Positions 1 to 9,896 of a stretch of 34,608 nt of DNA are shown in pieces. The stretch lies in the sequence record SRR2962707_4511, one strand, 5' to 3'. A model generated the notes under the pieces. It did no database searches. It was not told the DNA's origin and saw only the letters and a list, made by a program, of their open reading frames with translations. How positions within the stretch are numbered: the first letter of the stretch is position 1; each line of letters opens with the position of its first letter. A program made the position numbers and the translations under genes.

Positions 1-246
1 GTCAACATCGACACCGACCTGCGCCTGGCCTCTACCGGTGCTGTTCGTCGCTTCATGGCCCAGAACCCGGCGGAATTTGACCCGCGCAAATTCCTCAAGG
101 CCACCATGGTTGCCATGACCGATATCTGTGTCGCCCGCTACGAAGCCTTCGGCTGTGCCGGCCAGGCCAGCAAGATCAAGCCGCTGAACCTCGAACAGAT
201 GTTCGAACGTTATGCGGCTGGCGAGCTGGACCCGAAGGTCAAGTAA
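1..246 (+). CDS. fba: Fructose-bisphosphate aldolase class II, C-terminal part (runs off left edge)
   Basis: Frame 1 from base 1 reads VNIDTDLRLASTGAVRRFMAQNPAEFDPRKFLK...ELDPKVK*. VNIDTD and FDPRK are characteristic of class II FBP aldolases. Confidence 0.95.
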   Translation, partial: VNIDTDLRLASTGAVRRFMAQNPAEFDPRKFLKATMVAMTDICVARYEAFGCAGQASKIKPLNLEQMFERYAAGELDPKVK

Positions 247-257
247 GCCCCGTCTTG

Positions 258-284
258 AAGCCCCCGCCCTCCGGGGGCTTTTTT
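258..284 (+). terminator. Rho-independent terminator of fba
   Basis: AAGCCCCCG-ccctc-CGGGGGCTT 9-bp stem followed by a T run, 11 nt after the stop codon. Confidence 0.9.
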
Positions 285-424
285 CTGATGGGTGAGCTGA
301 AAACCCATCGTCCGTGTTGATCCCCGCACTTATCGCTGCAACAAAGAACAGGATGCCGACGGCAAGGGTTGTCGCTCCGAAGATTGGTATTGCTTAACGG
401 CAGTTTTTTGCGTTTTGGCCTGGA

Positions 425-464
425 TGGCCAATACTTGAAAGCATGCTCTTGCCGGTATTGGCCA
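425..464. promoter_or_regulatory. 10-bp perfect inverted repeat upstream of the peptide-ligase cluster
   Basis: TGGCCAATAC (425-434) and GTATTGGCCA (455-464) with a 20-nt spacer, ending 13 nt before the ATG at 478. Function unknown. Confidence 0.4.
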
Positions 465-477
465 AGGATGCCTTCCA

Positions 478-1539
478 ATGAAGCTGTTCCACTGCGGTCG
501 ATGTGCCAACCTGCTTTACTTTGAAAACAGTCGCTGTACTCATTGCGGAGCTGACCTGGGCTTTGCCCCGGATGTCATGGATTTGCTGGCGATCGAGCCG
601 GAAGGCGATAACACCTGGGCGACGGTCGCGCGTGGTGATCTCTACCGGTTGTGTGACAACTATCAGAGTCAGCGAGCCTGTAACTGGCTGATCCCCAATA
701 CCGATCCGCATACCTTCTGTGTTGCCTGTCGCCTCAATCGCACCATTCCGGATCTCAGCATCGAGAAGAACAATGACCTCTGGCGTCGTCTCGAAAAAGA
801 GAAACGGCGGCTTGTGTATTCCGTATTGCGCCTGGGACTCCCGTGCGAACCCCGGAACGAAGATCAGCTTGGGCTGGCATTCGATTTTCTGGCCGATCAG
901 CCGGCTATGTTTGACGAGCGTGAAAAAGTAACGACAGGCCATGCCAATGGCGTCATTACCATCAACATTGCCGAAGCAGACCCGGTGGAACGCGAGCGGA
1001 TGCGCAACCAGATGGCCGAGCCGTATCGCACTGTTTTAGGGCATTTTCGCCATGAGTCCGGACACTATTACTGGGATCTGCTTGTCCGGAGTAGCCCGTG
1101 GCTTGGCAAATTCCGGGACCTTTTTGGTGATGAGACCAGGGACTACAGGCAAGCGCTGGACCAGCATTACCAATACGGCCCGCCCTCTGACTGGCAAAGC
1201 CGATACATCAGCGCCTATGCCAGCAGCCATGCCTGGGAGGACTGGGCAGAGACCTGGGCACATTATCTGCATATGGTGGATACATTGGAAACCGCCTGGC
1301 AGCTCGGTCTGCGTGTGAATACCTTGCAGCCCGAGGAAACAAGCGGCGAAACAGGCCCTGCCTTCGATCCCTGCCAGACCGGTGATTTCGATGCGCTGAT
1401 CAGGCATTGGTTGCCTTTGACGCTTGCGCTCAACAGCCTGAACCGAAGCATGGGGCACGACGACGCCTACCCCTTTGTGCTGGCGCCTGCGGTGGTGGAG
1501 AAGCTCCGTCTGGTGCACCAGATCGCTCACGGACGTTAA
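478..1539 (+). CDS. Zinc-ribbon plus putative zinc metallopeptidase (DUF2248/Peptidase_Mx-like)
   Basis: N-terminal CxxC pairs (CGRC, CTHC, CVAC), HExxH motif FRHESGHYYW and a downstream EDWAETWAHYLH motif. Typical neighbour of circularly permuted ATP-grasp genes. Confidence 0.85.
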   Translation: MKLFHCGRCANLLYFENSRCTHCGADLGFAPDVMDLLAIEPEGDNTWATVARGDLYRLCDNYQSQRACNWLIPNTDPHTFCVACRLNRTIPDLSIEKNNDLWRRLEKEKRRLVYSVLRLGLPCEPRNEDQLGLAFDFLADQPAMFDEREKVTTGHANGVITINIAEADPVERERMRNQMAEPYRTVLGHFRHESGHYYWDLLVRSSPWLGKFRDLFGDETRDYRQALDQHYQYGPPSDWQSRYISAYASSHAWEDWAETWAHYLHMVDTLETAWQLGLRVNTLQPEETSGETGPAFDPCQTGDFDALIRHWLPLTLALNSLNRSMGHDDAYPFVLAPAVVEKLRLVHQIAHGR

Positions 1540-1553
1540 TGAAAGGATCCCGA

Positions 1554-3014
1554 ATGAAAAAGAACAAAGCGATTGACTGGAAAAACTACGATCCCAACGA
1601 CTTCTACGATGAGCTGATCGCTGCCAAAGGGAAGCCCAGACGAGCCGCGACGGCGATTACCGACTATCTGGGCAATCTCGGATCCGAGGAGATCCAGGCG
1701 CGCCAGCAGGCTGCCGAACTGGCGATACTGGAGATGGGGATCAGTTTCACCATCTACAGCGAGGGCGAGAATATCGACCGGGCCTGGCCTTTCGATATCA
1801 TTCCCCGGGTGATCTCGCTCCGGGAGTGGGAAAACATTGAACAAGGGCTGGCCCAGCGCCTGACGGCCCTCAACATGTTCATTAACGATATCTACAACGA
1901 CCAGAATATCGTCAAAGACAAGGTCATTCCCAAGTACGTGTTCGCCAACTCCAAGAACTTCCGCGAGCAGTGCCGTGGTTTTACGCCGCCACTGGGGGTC
2001 TGGGCCCACATCTGCGGATCGGATCTGGTGAGAGACAAGGACGGAAAGATCTATGTTCTTGAGGACAACCTGCGGGTTCCTTCCGGTGTTTCCTACATGC
2101 TGGAGAATCGCCAACTGACCAAGCGGGTGTTCCCGGAACTGTTCGACAACAACAGTATCCTGCCGGTGGATGACTACACCAACCAGCTGTTCGACATGTT
2201 GGCGTCGATTTCTCCAAGGCCCCAGGATCATCCAAGAATTGCGGTACTCACCCCGGGGATTTTCAATTCGGCCTATTTCGAGCACTCGTTCCTGGCGCAG
2301 CGCATGGGGGCCGAGCTGGTGGAGGGGGCTGATCTGGTCGTTGGTGAAGACGATTGCGTGTACATGCGCACAGTAGAAGGCCTGGAGCGCGTGGACGTGA
2401 TCTACCGGCGCATTGATGACGACTTTCTGGACCCGGAAGTCTTTCGGGCAGACTCTACCCTGGGCGTGCCGGGCCTGATGCGAGCCTGGCGCAATGGCAA
2501 GGTTGGCCTGGCCAATGCGCCCGGTGCCGGTGTGGCCGATGACAAGGTGATCTACGCCTTCGTGCCGGACATGATCCGCTATTACCTCGATGAGGAGCCG
2601 ATCATCCCCAACGTGCCCACCTATATGTGCGTGAACAAACAGGACCAGGAGTATGTACTCGAGCACCTGGACGAGCTGGTGGTGAAACCGGCGAATGAGT
2701 CCGGTGGTTACGGCATGCTGGTGGGGCCGCATTCCACCAAGAAGCAGCGCACCGAATTCGCGCGTCTGATCAAGAAGAACCCGCGCAACTACATCGCCCA
2801 ACCCACACTGAGTCTCTCTGTGGCTCCAACTTTGTGCGACGAGGGCCTGGCGCCTCGACACCTGGATCTTCGGCCTTTCGTGCTGCAGGGCGTGCGAACC
2901 TACGTTACCGCCGGCGGGCTCACGCGGGTGGCGATGCGCAAGGGCTCCCTGGTGGTGAATTCTTCCCAGGGCGGTGGAAGCAAGGATACCTGGATCGTGG
3001 ACGAGGAGAATTGA
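1554..3014 (+). CDS. Circularly permuted type 2 ATP-grasp protein (DUF404/DUF407-like)
   Basis: Motifs VLEDNLRVPSGVSY, SAYFEH, VIYRRIDDDFLDP, LVVKP..ESGGYG, GGLTRVA, VVNSSQGGGSKDTW. Start set at ATG 1554 (AAGGA upstream); ATG 1539, overlapping the upstream stop, is an alternative. Confidence 0.9.
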   Translation: MKKNKAIDWKNYDPNDFYDELIAAKGKPRRAATAITDYLGNLGSEEIQARQQAAELAILEMGISFTIYSEGENIDRAWPFDIIPRVISLREWENIEQGLAQRLTALNMFINDIYNDQNIVKDKVIPKYVFANSKNFREQCRGFTPPLGVWAHICGSDLVRDKDGKIYVLEDNLRVPSGVSYMLENRQLTKRVFPELFDNNSILPVDDYTNQLFDMLASISPRPQDHPRIAVLTPGIFNSAYFEHSFLAQRMGAELVEGADLVVGEDDCVYMRTVEGLERVDVIYRRIDDDFLDPEVFRADSTLGVPGLMRAWRNGKVGLANAPGAGVADDKVIYAFVPDMIRYYLDEEPIIPNVPTYMCVNKQDQEYVLEHLDELVVKPANESGGYGMLVGPHSTKKQRTEFARLIKKNPRNYIAQPTLSLSVAPTLCDEGLAPRHLDLRPFVLQGVRTYVTAGGLTRVAMRKGSLVVNSSQGGGSKDTWIVDEEN

Positions 3015-3015
3015 T

Positions 3016-3954
3016 GTGCTGTCACGTGTAGCGGAAAGACTGTACTGGATGGCCCGATACCTTGAGCGGGCCGAGAACAATGCCCGGATGATCATGGCTT
3101 TCAATTCCCTGGCACTGGATATGCCCCGGGAGACCCAGCTGTCCTGGAAGGGACTGGTGGCGGTGACGGGCATGGGTGCGCTGTTTGACCAGCACCACCA
3201 GAAGGCCGATGAGCGCAACTGTGTGAAGTTTCTGATGGCCGACAGTTACAACCCGAGCTCCATCGCCTCCTGCATCAAGGCTGCCCGGGAGAATGTTCGC
3301 ACCACCCGGGACCAGGTACCGACCGACGCCTGGGAAGTCATCAATGAACTATATCGTTACATCCAGGAGTACATCGACCAGGGGGTGGGGAAACGCGCGC
3401 GATACGATTTCCTGAACGAGATCGTCGGCCGCTGCCAGATGCTCAATGGTTTGCTGGCCGGGTGCATGAGTCACGACGAGGGCTACGACTTCATCCGGGT
3501 GGGTCGCAACCTTGAGCGGGCCGACATGGCCACCCGTCAGATTGAAGTGGGAGCTCTGCAGTTCCTCGATGGCTGGGACGGCACGGAAACCTACGGCGGG
3601 CTATTGTGGACGAGCGTTCTGCGCTACCAGAGTGCCTTCCAGATGTACCGCCACAACGTGCGGCGCAAGGTCAGCGGGCCTCTGGTGATTCGCTTCCTGT
3701 TGCAGAACGAACCCTTCCCGCGCTCGGTGCTACACAGTCTCAGCGAAGTGGCCGGTGCCCTCGGTCGCCTGCCCAGGAACGAGATTCCGCTGCGCACGGC
3801 GCTGCAGGCGGTCCGTCACACCCGTGAAGGCGACGTGGATGCGTTGATCCGCAAGGAGGACGTGATCCTGTTCCTGGAGAACCTGCAGCTGGAGATCGGT
3901 GAACTTCACGACGACATTGCAGAGACCTGGTTTCCTGTCTACGAGACAGCCTGA
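3016..3954 (+). CDS. Alpha-E domain protein (DUF403-like)
   Basis: GTG start after GAGGAG gives MLSRVAERLYWMARYLERAEN. Second ER motif GRNLERAD and FPRS motif present. Confidence 0.9.
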   Translation: MLSRVAERLYWMARYLERAENNARMIMAFNSLALDMPRETQLSWKGLVAVTGMGALFDQHHQKADERNCVKFLMADSYNPSSIASCIKAARENVRTTRDQVPTDAWEVINELYRYIQEYIDQGVGKRARYDFLNEIVGRCQMLNGLLAGCMSHDEGYDFIRVGRNLERADMATRQIEVGALQFLDGWDGTETYGGLLWTSVLRYQSAFQMYRHNVRRKVSGPLVIRFLLQNEPFPRSVLHSLSEVAGALGRLPRNEIPLRTALQAVRHTREGDVDALIRKEDVILFLENLQLEIGELHDDIAETWFPVYETA

Positions 3955-3989
3955 AACTCCCAACACTATTCGCCTGCGAGATAGGTTCC

Positions 3990-6900
3990 ATGTCGATTCA
4001 CGTTGCCCTGAGTCATACCACCCATTATCGCTACGAGCGCCCGATTACCCTGGGCCCTCAGATTGTTCGTTTGCGACCCTGTCCACATGCGCGCACCCGG
4101 ATTCTCAGTTACTCGCTGAAGGTTGAGCCCGAAGGTCACTTCCTGAACTGGCAACAGGACCCGCAGGCCAACTATCTGGCCCGGCTGGTGTTTCCGGAAA
4201 AGACCGACGAGCTGAAAATCACGGTGGACCTGGTTGCCGAGATGGCCGTGATCAACCCTTTCGATTTCTTTCTGGAACCCCGGGCGGAGACCATTCCCTT
4301 CGACTATGAGGAATGGCAGACGGCGGAGCTGGCGCCTTACTTGCAGAAACTGCCGGAAACACCGGAATTCCGGAAGTGGATGGCCACCATAGACCGCAAG
4401 GAAACGCCCAGCGTCGATTTCCTGGTGGGCGTAAACCAGCGGCTTGCCAACCGGATCGATTATCTGATCCGGATGGAGCCGGGCGTACAGACGCCGGAAG
4501 AGACCCTGAAAAAAGGGTCCGGATCCTGTCGGGATTCCACCTGGTTGCTGGTCCAGACTCTCCGGCACCTGGGCCTGGCGGCGCGGTTCGTCTCTGGCTA
4601 CCTGATTCAGCTCAAGGCAGACCTGAAAGCCCTGGATGGTCCCTCGGGCGCGGAGGAAGACTTCACTGACCTGCACGCCTGGTGCGAGGTCTTCCTGCCC
4701 GGCGCCGGTTGGGTGGGACTGGATCCGACGTCTGGCCTGTTTGCCGGTGAAGGGCATATTCCGCTGGCCTGCAGCCCGGATCCGTCCTCGGCGGCGCCCA
4801 TTTCCGGCATGGTGGAAGACTGCGAGGTCGAATTTGAGCATCAGATGAGCGTCCAGCGCATCTGGGAAGCGCCGCGGGTGACCAAACCCTACACCGAGGA
4901 GCAGTGGCAACGCATTGTGGATCTGGGGCATGAGGTGGACGAACGCCTGACCGAGCTGGATGTGCGCTTGACCCAGGGCGGTGAACCCACCTTCGTGGCC
5001 AATCACGACCGTGATGAGCCGGAGTGGAACACCGAGGCGATGGGCCCCACCAAGCGGAAAAAGGCCATCGAGCTCTACCATCGGATGCGGGACCGGTATG
5101 GAGCCGGTGGGCTGGTGCACTTTGGCCAGGGCAAGTGGTACCCGGGCGAGCCGCTGCCACGGTGGTCACTGAACTGCTTCTGGCGCAAGGATGGTGAGCC
5201 AATCTGGCAGGATGAACGGTGGCTGGCGGACGAGCGTACTGAAGGCAAGGCAAGCCCGGAAGATGCTCACCGGTTTTTAGCGGCCCTGGCGAGGGAACTG
5301 GGTGTCGATGAAAAGCACCTGTTCCCTGGGTTCGAGGATGCCTTTTATTACCTGTGGCGGGAACGACGGCTGCCGGTCAACGTCGATCCCTTCGATGCCA
5401 GGCTCGACAATGCCCTGGAACGGAAGCAGCTTCAGCAAATTTTCAGCCGGGGGCTGGATAAGCCCGTCGGCTACGTGCTGCCACTGCGTGTTTCCGAAAA
5501 GGAGAAGGCCTGGGAGACCGGACCCTGGTTCCTGCGCAGCGAGCGCTGCTATCTGATTCCGGGCGGCTCACCCATGGGCCACCGACTGCCGCTGGACAGC
5601 CAGCCCTGGGTGGAAGAAGCGGATTACCCCTGGATACACGAGCAGGACCCGTTTGCCCCCCGTGGTCCGTTGCCCGCCAGTGAGCAGATCCGTCAATGGA
5701 ACAGCCGAAGCCAGTCTGGCCAGCCGTCTTCGGAGCGGAAGCCGCCGGCAAAAGGCAAGTCGGCCCCCGAGATTGTCCGCACGGCCCTGTGTGTTGAGCC
5801 CCGGGAGGGCATCCTTCGCGTTTTCATGCCGCCGCTGGCGGAGCTGGAACCCTATCTTGTGCTGGTCTCGGCCATCGAGAAAACCGCCGCAGAGCTCAAA
5901 CAACCGGTCTTGCTGGAAGGCTATGAGCCACCTTCCGACCCACGGTTGAGTCATTTCCGGATTACCCCGGACCCGGGGGTGATCGAAGTGAATGTACAGC
6001 CGGTCAAGACCTGGGACGAACTGGTTGAACAGACCGAGACGCTCTATGCAGACGCCTACGAATGCCGGCTCACTTCCGAGAAGTTCATGATGGACGGCCG
6101 TCATACCGGTACCGGTGGCGGCAACCATTTTGTGCTGGGTTCGCAAAAGGCCGAGGACTCTCCGTTCCTGCGGCGCCCGGATCTGTTGCGCAGCCTGATC
6201 AGCTACTGGCACAACCATCCCAGTCTGTCCTACCTGTTCTCCGGCCTGTTCATTGGCCCCAGTTCCCAGGCCCCCAGGATTGACGAGGCCCGCAATGACC
6301 ACGTGTTCGAAATGGAGCTGGCCTTCAAGGAGATGGAGCGGTTATGCCCGGTGGGCAAGAAAATCGCGCCCTGGATGGTGGACCGCTTGCTCCGGGACCT
6401 GCTCACCGACGTAACCGGCAACACCCACCGGGCCGAGTTCTGTATCGACAAGCTCTATTCCCCGGACGGTCCGGGCGGGCGTCACGGTTTGCTGGAGCTG
6501 CGTGCCTTCGAGATGCCGCCCCATGCCCGCATGAGCCTGACCCAGCAACTGCTGTTGCGCGCGCTGGTGGCACGCTTCTGGGAGCAACCCTACAAGCCGC
6601 CAGGGCTGGTGCGCTGGGGCACCGAACTGCACGACCGGTTCCTGCTGCCTCACTATGTCTGGCAGGATTTCGAAGATGTGATCGACGATATGAAGGCCCG
6701 TGGTTACCCGCTGGAGAGCGAGTGGTTCGCGCCCCATTTCGAGTTCCGGTTCCCCCGGATCGGCGACTACAAGGTCAAGGGCATCACCCTTGAACTGCGA
6801 TCCGCCCTGGAGCCCTGGCACGTCACCGGTGAGCACGGTGCAATTGGTGGCACTGCCCGTTATGTGGATTCCTCCCTGGAGCGTCTGCAGGTGAGGGTGC

Positions 6901-7292
6901 GCGGTGCTGCGCCGGATCGTTACCAGATCACCTGTAATCAGGTGCCTCTGCCACTTCAGCCTACCGGCATGGTGGGCGAGTCGGTCGCCGGGGTCCGTTA
7001 CCGGGCCTGGCAGCCGTCGCAGTGCATGCACCCGACCATCGGGGTGGATGGGCCGCTGGTGTTTGATATCGTGGACACCTGGAACGAACGCAGTCTGGGC
7101 GGGTGTGAGTATCACGTGACCCATCCCGGTGGCCGGAATTTCGAGACGCTGCCGGTGAATTCGTTCGAGGCTGAAGGCCGCCGTATGGCGCTTTTCTTCC
7201 GGATGGGACACAGCTCAGGCCAGCAACCCCTGCGGCCGGTGCCGGAGCACCGGGAGTTCCCGTTCACCCTGGATTTGCGGTATCACAAATAA
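3990..7292 (+). CDS. Transglutaminase-like protein fused to DUF2126-type putative amidoligase
   Basis: N-terminal HTTHYRY..LGPQIVRLRP, triad motifs GSCRD / LHAWCEV / GLDPT, then TQGGEPTFV, TPDPGVIEVN, GTGGGNH, NTHRAEFCIDKLYSPD, LELRAFEMPPH. Confidence 0.9.
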   Translation: MSIHVALSHTTHYRYERPITLGPQIVRLRPCPHARTRILSYSLKVEPEGHFLNWQQDPQANYLARLVFPEKTDELKITVDLVAEMAVINPFDFFLEPRAETIPFDYEEWQTAELAPYLQKLPETPEFRKWMATIDRKETPSVDFLVGVNQRLANRIDYLIRMEPGVQTPEETLKKGSGSCRDSTWLLVQTLRHLGLAARFVSGYLIQLKADLKALDGPSGAEEDFTDLHAWCEVFLPGAGWVGLDPTSGLFAGEGHIPLACSPDPSSAAPISGMVEDCEVEFEHQMSVQRIWEAPRVTKPYTEEQWQRIVDLGHEVDERLTELDVRLTQGGEPTFVANHDRDEPEWNTEAMGPTKRKKAIELYHRMRDRYGAGGLVHFGQGKWYPGEPLPRWSLNCFWRKDGEPIWQDERWLADERTEGKASPEDAHRFLAALARELGVDEKHLFPGFEDAFYYLWRERRLPVNVDPFDARLDNALERKQLQQIFSRGLDKPVGYVLPLRVSEKEKAWETGPWFLRSERCYLIPGGSPMGHRLPLDSQPWVEEADYPWIHEQDPFAPRGPLPASEQIRQWNSRSQSGQPSSERKPPAKGKSAPEIVRTALCVEPREGILRVFMPPLAELEPYLVLVSAIEKTAAELKQPVLLEGYEPPSDPRLSHFRITPDPGVIEVNVQPVKTWDELVEQTETLYADAYECRLTSEKFMMDGRHTGTGGGNHFVLGSQKAEDSPFLRRPDLLRSLISYWHNHPSLSYLFSGLFIGPSSQAPRIDEARNDHVFEMELAFKEMERLCPVGKKIAPWMVDRLLRDLLTDVTGNTHRAEFCIDKLYSPDGPGGRHGLLELRAFEMPPHARMSLTQQLLLRALVARFWEQPYKPPGLVRWGTELHDRFLLPHYVWQDFEDVIDDMKARGYPLESEWFAPHFEFRFPRIGDYKVKGITLELRSALEPWHVTGEHGAIGGTARYVDSSLERLQVRVRGAAPDRYQITCNQVPLPLQPTGMVGESVAGVRYRAWQPSQCMHPTIGVDGPLVFDIVDTWNERSLGGCEYHVTHPGGRNFETLPVNSFEAEGRRMALFFRMGHSSGQQPLRPVPEHREFPFTLDLRYHK

Positions 7293-7328
7293 CATGTGTG
7301 AACTTACCGTTTGATACTGGCTCAGGGG

Positions 7329-7352
7329 GCTGGAAAGCGGCTATGCTTCCAG
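7329..7352 (+). other. Intergenic stem-loop within the peptide-ligase cluster
   Basis: GCTGGAA(A)GC-ggctat-GCTTCCAGC stem with one bulge and no U tract, between the DUF2126 fusion and the next gene. Confidence 0.35.
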
Positions 7353-7381
7353 CTCATTGACTAACGGAGCCCGAATTCACG

Positions 7382-9886
7382 GTGGCGAAGCAGCGCGCAG
7401 TAACGGACATCCTCCGCCAGTACCATCCGGTGCCGGATCGGTTTGATGAGCTTGGTTCCCTGGGTTCCGGGCCGAAGCCCCATTGGCGGCCGTTGTTGCA
7501 ACAGTTGAACCTTGAGTCGGTCGCCGGTCTCAATCTCAGGGCTCAGGCGGTTTCCAGCGCGATTGCCGAAGACGGGGTAACCTACAACGTCTACGAAGAT
7601 CCCCGTGGCGATACCCGGCCCTGGGAAGTCGATCTGCTGCCGCTGGTTCTGGGCGCGGATGAGTGGCAATGGCTTTCGAAAGCGGTCGCCCAGCGAGCTG
7701 AACTGCTGGACAGCGTTCTGGGCGATCTGTATGGCGATCAGGCGTTGCTCAAAGAGGGCTTGATGCCGCCGGCCCTGGTTTACGGTCAGGCTGGTTTTCA
7801 ATGGCCCTGCCAGGGCATACAGCCGGTGAGTGGCCGCTTCCTTCACCTTTATGCGGTGGATCTGGCGCGGGCGCCGGATGGCGGCTGGTGGGTGATGGCG
7901 GACAGGACCCAGGCCCCTTCGGGGGCGGGTTACGCCCTGCAAAACCGGTTGGTCATCTCCCGGGCGTTCCCCGCGCCCTTCCACAACCTGCCAGTGACCA
8001 ACCTGGCGGAATTCTTCCAGGGGTTCCAGAACAGTCTTGCGAGCATGTCTCCGGCGCGAAATGAGACCGCGTTGTGTGTGCTTCTGACACCGGGCCGTTT
8101 TAACGAAACCTATTTCGAACACGTATTTCTTGCCCGCTACCTCGGTTTACCTCTGGTGGAAGGTCAGGATCTCACCGTGCGCGATGACACGGTCTACCTG
8201 AAAACACTTCAGGGCCTGCGTCGTGTGCATGCCATCTATCGCCGGCTCGATGATGGCTTTTGTGATCCGCTGGAACTCCGTGCCGATTCCGTGTTGGGTA
8301 TCCCCGGCTTGCTGGGTGCTGTGCGAGCCGGCAAAGTGCTGATGGCAAACGCCCTGGGCTCCGGCGTTCTTGAAAGTGCGGCGCTGTTCGGTTTTCTGCC
8401 GGAGATTTCAAAAAAACTGCTGGGTTCCCCTCTGGCTATGCCATCCGTGGCCTCCTGGTGGTGTGGTGAGAAACCCGCGTTGGACTATGTCATTGAGCAC
8501 CTCGATGAACTGGTCATCAAACCGGCATTCGCGAGCATGCGTATGGAGCCGGTGTTCGGTTATCAGATAAAGGGGGCAGAACGGACCGCACTGATCAAGA
8601 AGATGAATGCCCACCCCCATGCTTTTGTCGGGCAGGAGTTGGTTCACCTTTCTCAGGCCCCGGTCTGGAAGGGTGATCAGAATCAGCCGCTGGCAACCCG
8701 GTCTATTGGCCTGCGCCTGTTCGCCGCGGCCACGCCCTCCGGCTGGCGGGTGATGCCCGGTGGATTGACCCGTGTCGCCATGGATGAGGGCGTGGAGGTC
8801 ATCTCCATGCAGCGGGGCGGGTTGTCGAAGGATACCTGGGTACAGTCGCGTTACACTGCGCCATCCAAATCGCTGATCAAGAAACGGTTGCAGGTTTCCG
8901 ACCTGCTGGATGGCGAGCGGGACACGCCGTCCCGTGTGGGCGAAAATCTGTTCTGGATGGGCCGGCATTCTGAGCGGGCGGAAGGCACGGCTCGCTTGCT
9001 GAGGGCGGCGTTCAACCGGTTGTCGGGGCACGATCAGGCCAGTGAGGAGGCACTGCTTGGGCTCCAGCAGGCGGCCGAGCAGTTCGGTACCCTTCCTGAG
9101 CCTGAAAAAGATGCCGTACCCGAGCCCCTCCCCGAGGCTTTGCTGAGAGCAGTAAGTGACCAGGAATCCCCGGGGTCGATTGCGTCGATCATCCAGGCCT
9201 TGCTGTTCAATGCCAGTCAGGTCCGGGACCGGTTGTCCACAGACAACTGGCACACACTCAACCGGGTGGGGAAACCTCTCAGTCCGGCGCCGGCGACGCC
9301 AGAACAATCGATCCGGGCGTTGAATCTGGTGTTGCTGGATTGCATATCGCTGGCTGGATTTGCCATGGATGACATCACGCGGGACGCCAGTTGGGTTTTC
9401 CTGGTGATCGGGCGGCGCCTGGAGCGGTTGGCCAATCTGTGTACCCTGATTTGTGTGCCGCTGTTCAGTGACCGCTTCAGTCGTAACGCCATGCTGGAGT
9501 GGTTGCTGGAAGTGGCAAACTCGGAAGTGACCTACCGGACCCGATATCGCCGGACACCAGAGCTTCTGGGGGTGCTTCACACCATTGTGATCGACGCGAG
9601 CAACCCCCATTCTGTGATGTTCCAGTTGCGCCAGTTGCAGAAGGATTTACCCGAAATGGGTCAGAAAACCGGACAGCTGTTTTCCCCGGATCTGAACGAC
9701 TCCCTGCGTCGTTTACAAGGGTTGGATCTGCACCCGTTTGAGCGCAAGCATCCGGATCAGGCCTGCGTAACTCTGGCAGAACTCTTGTGTGATATCCGGT
9801 CAGAAGCCTATCGTGTATCGGATGAAATCCAACGGCAGTGTTTTATTCACACCCGGTATTCCGACCGGCCGGTGAAAGCGGATTAA
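7382..9886 (+). CDS. Circularly permuted ATP-grasp protein fused to a C-terminal alpha-E domain
   Basis: DRTQAPSGAGYALQNR, ETYFEH, IYRRLDDGFCDPLEL, MPGGLTRV, SMQRGGLSKDTW, then PSRVGENLFWMGRHSERAE and GRRLER alpha-E motifs. Confidence 0.9.
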   Translation: MAKQRAVTDILRQYHPVPDRFDELGSLGSGPKPHWRPLLQQLNLESVAGLNLRAQAVSSAIAEDGVTYNVYEDPRGDTRPWEVDLLPLVLGADEWQWLSKAVAQRAELLDSVLGDLYGDQALLKEGLMPPALVYGQAGFQWPCQGIQPVSGRFLHLYAVDLARAPDGGWWVMADRTQAPSGAGYALQNRLVISRAFPAPFHNLPVTNLAEFFQGFQNSLASMSPARNETALCVLLTPGRFNETYFEHVFLARYLGLPLVEGQDLTVRDDTVYLKTLQGLRRVHAIYRRLDDGFCDPLELRADSVLGIPGLLGAVRAGKVLMANALGSGVLESAALFGFLPEISKKLLGSPLAMPSVASWWCGEKPALDYVIEHLDELVIKPAFASMRMEPVFGYQIKGAERTALIKKMNAHPHAFVGQELVHLSQAPVWKGDQNQPLATRSIGLRLFAAATPSGWRVMPGGLTRVAMDEGVEVISMQRGGLSKDTWVQSRYTAPSKSLIKKRLQVSDLLDGERDTPSRVGENLFWMGRHSERAEGTARLLRAAFNRLSGHDQASEEALLGLQQAAEQFGTLPEPEKDAVPEPLPEALLRAVSDQESPGSIASIIQALLFNASQVRDRLSTDNWHTLNRVGKPLSPAPATPEQSIRALNLVLLDCISLAGFAMDDITRDASWVFLVIGRRLERLANLCTLICVPLFSDRFSRNAMLEWLLEVANSEVTYRTRYRRTPELLGVLHTIVIDASNPHSVMFQLRQLQKDLPEMGQKTGQLFSPDLNDSLRRLQGLDLHPFERKHPDQACVTLAELLCDIRSEAYRVSDEIQRQCFIHTRYSDRPVKAD

Positions 9887-9896
9887 GGCGCCTGTC

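Noticed and set aside
325-340. NtrC-like site CGCACTTATCGCTGCA
   Set aside because: The spacer is one base short of GCAC-N7-GTGC and the right half-site mismatches.
398-439. Two sigma54-like sequences (CGGCAGTTTTTTGC and TGGCCAATACTTGA) upstream of the peptide-ligase cluster
   Set aside because: Both have GG-N9-G(C/A) spacing, one base short of the strict GG-N10-GC requirement.
1407-1553. Upstream-extended starts in the ORF track (also 2974, 24791, 25505, 27576, 29101, 30414)
   Set aside because: The extensions overlap upstream genes, terminators or operators. Downstream starts give family-typical N-termini and usually better ribosome-binding sites.
1536-3218. 560-aa antisense ORF and other long shadow ORFs (for example 3966-5120, 8408-9610, 12128-13177, 27756-28733)
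   Set aside because: They lie opposite well-supported genes, show no recognisable motifs, and are expected from GC-rich codon bias.
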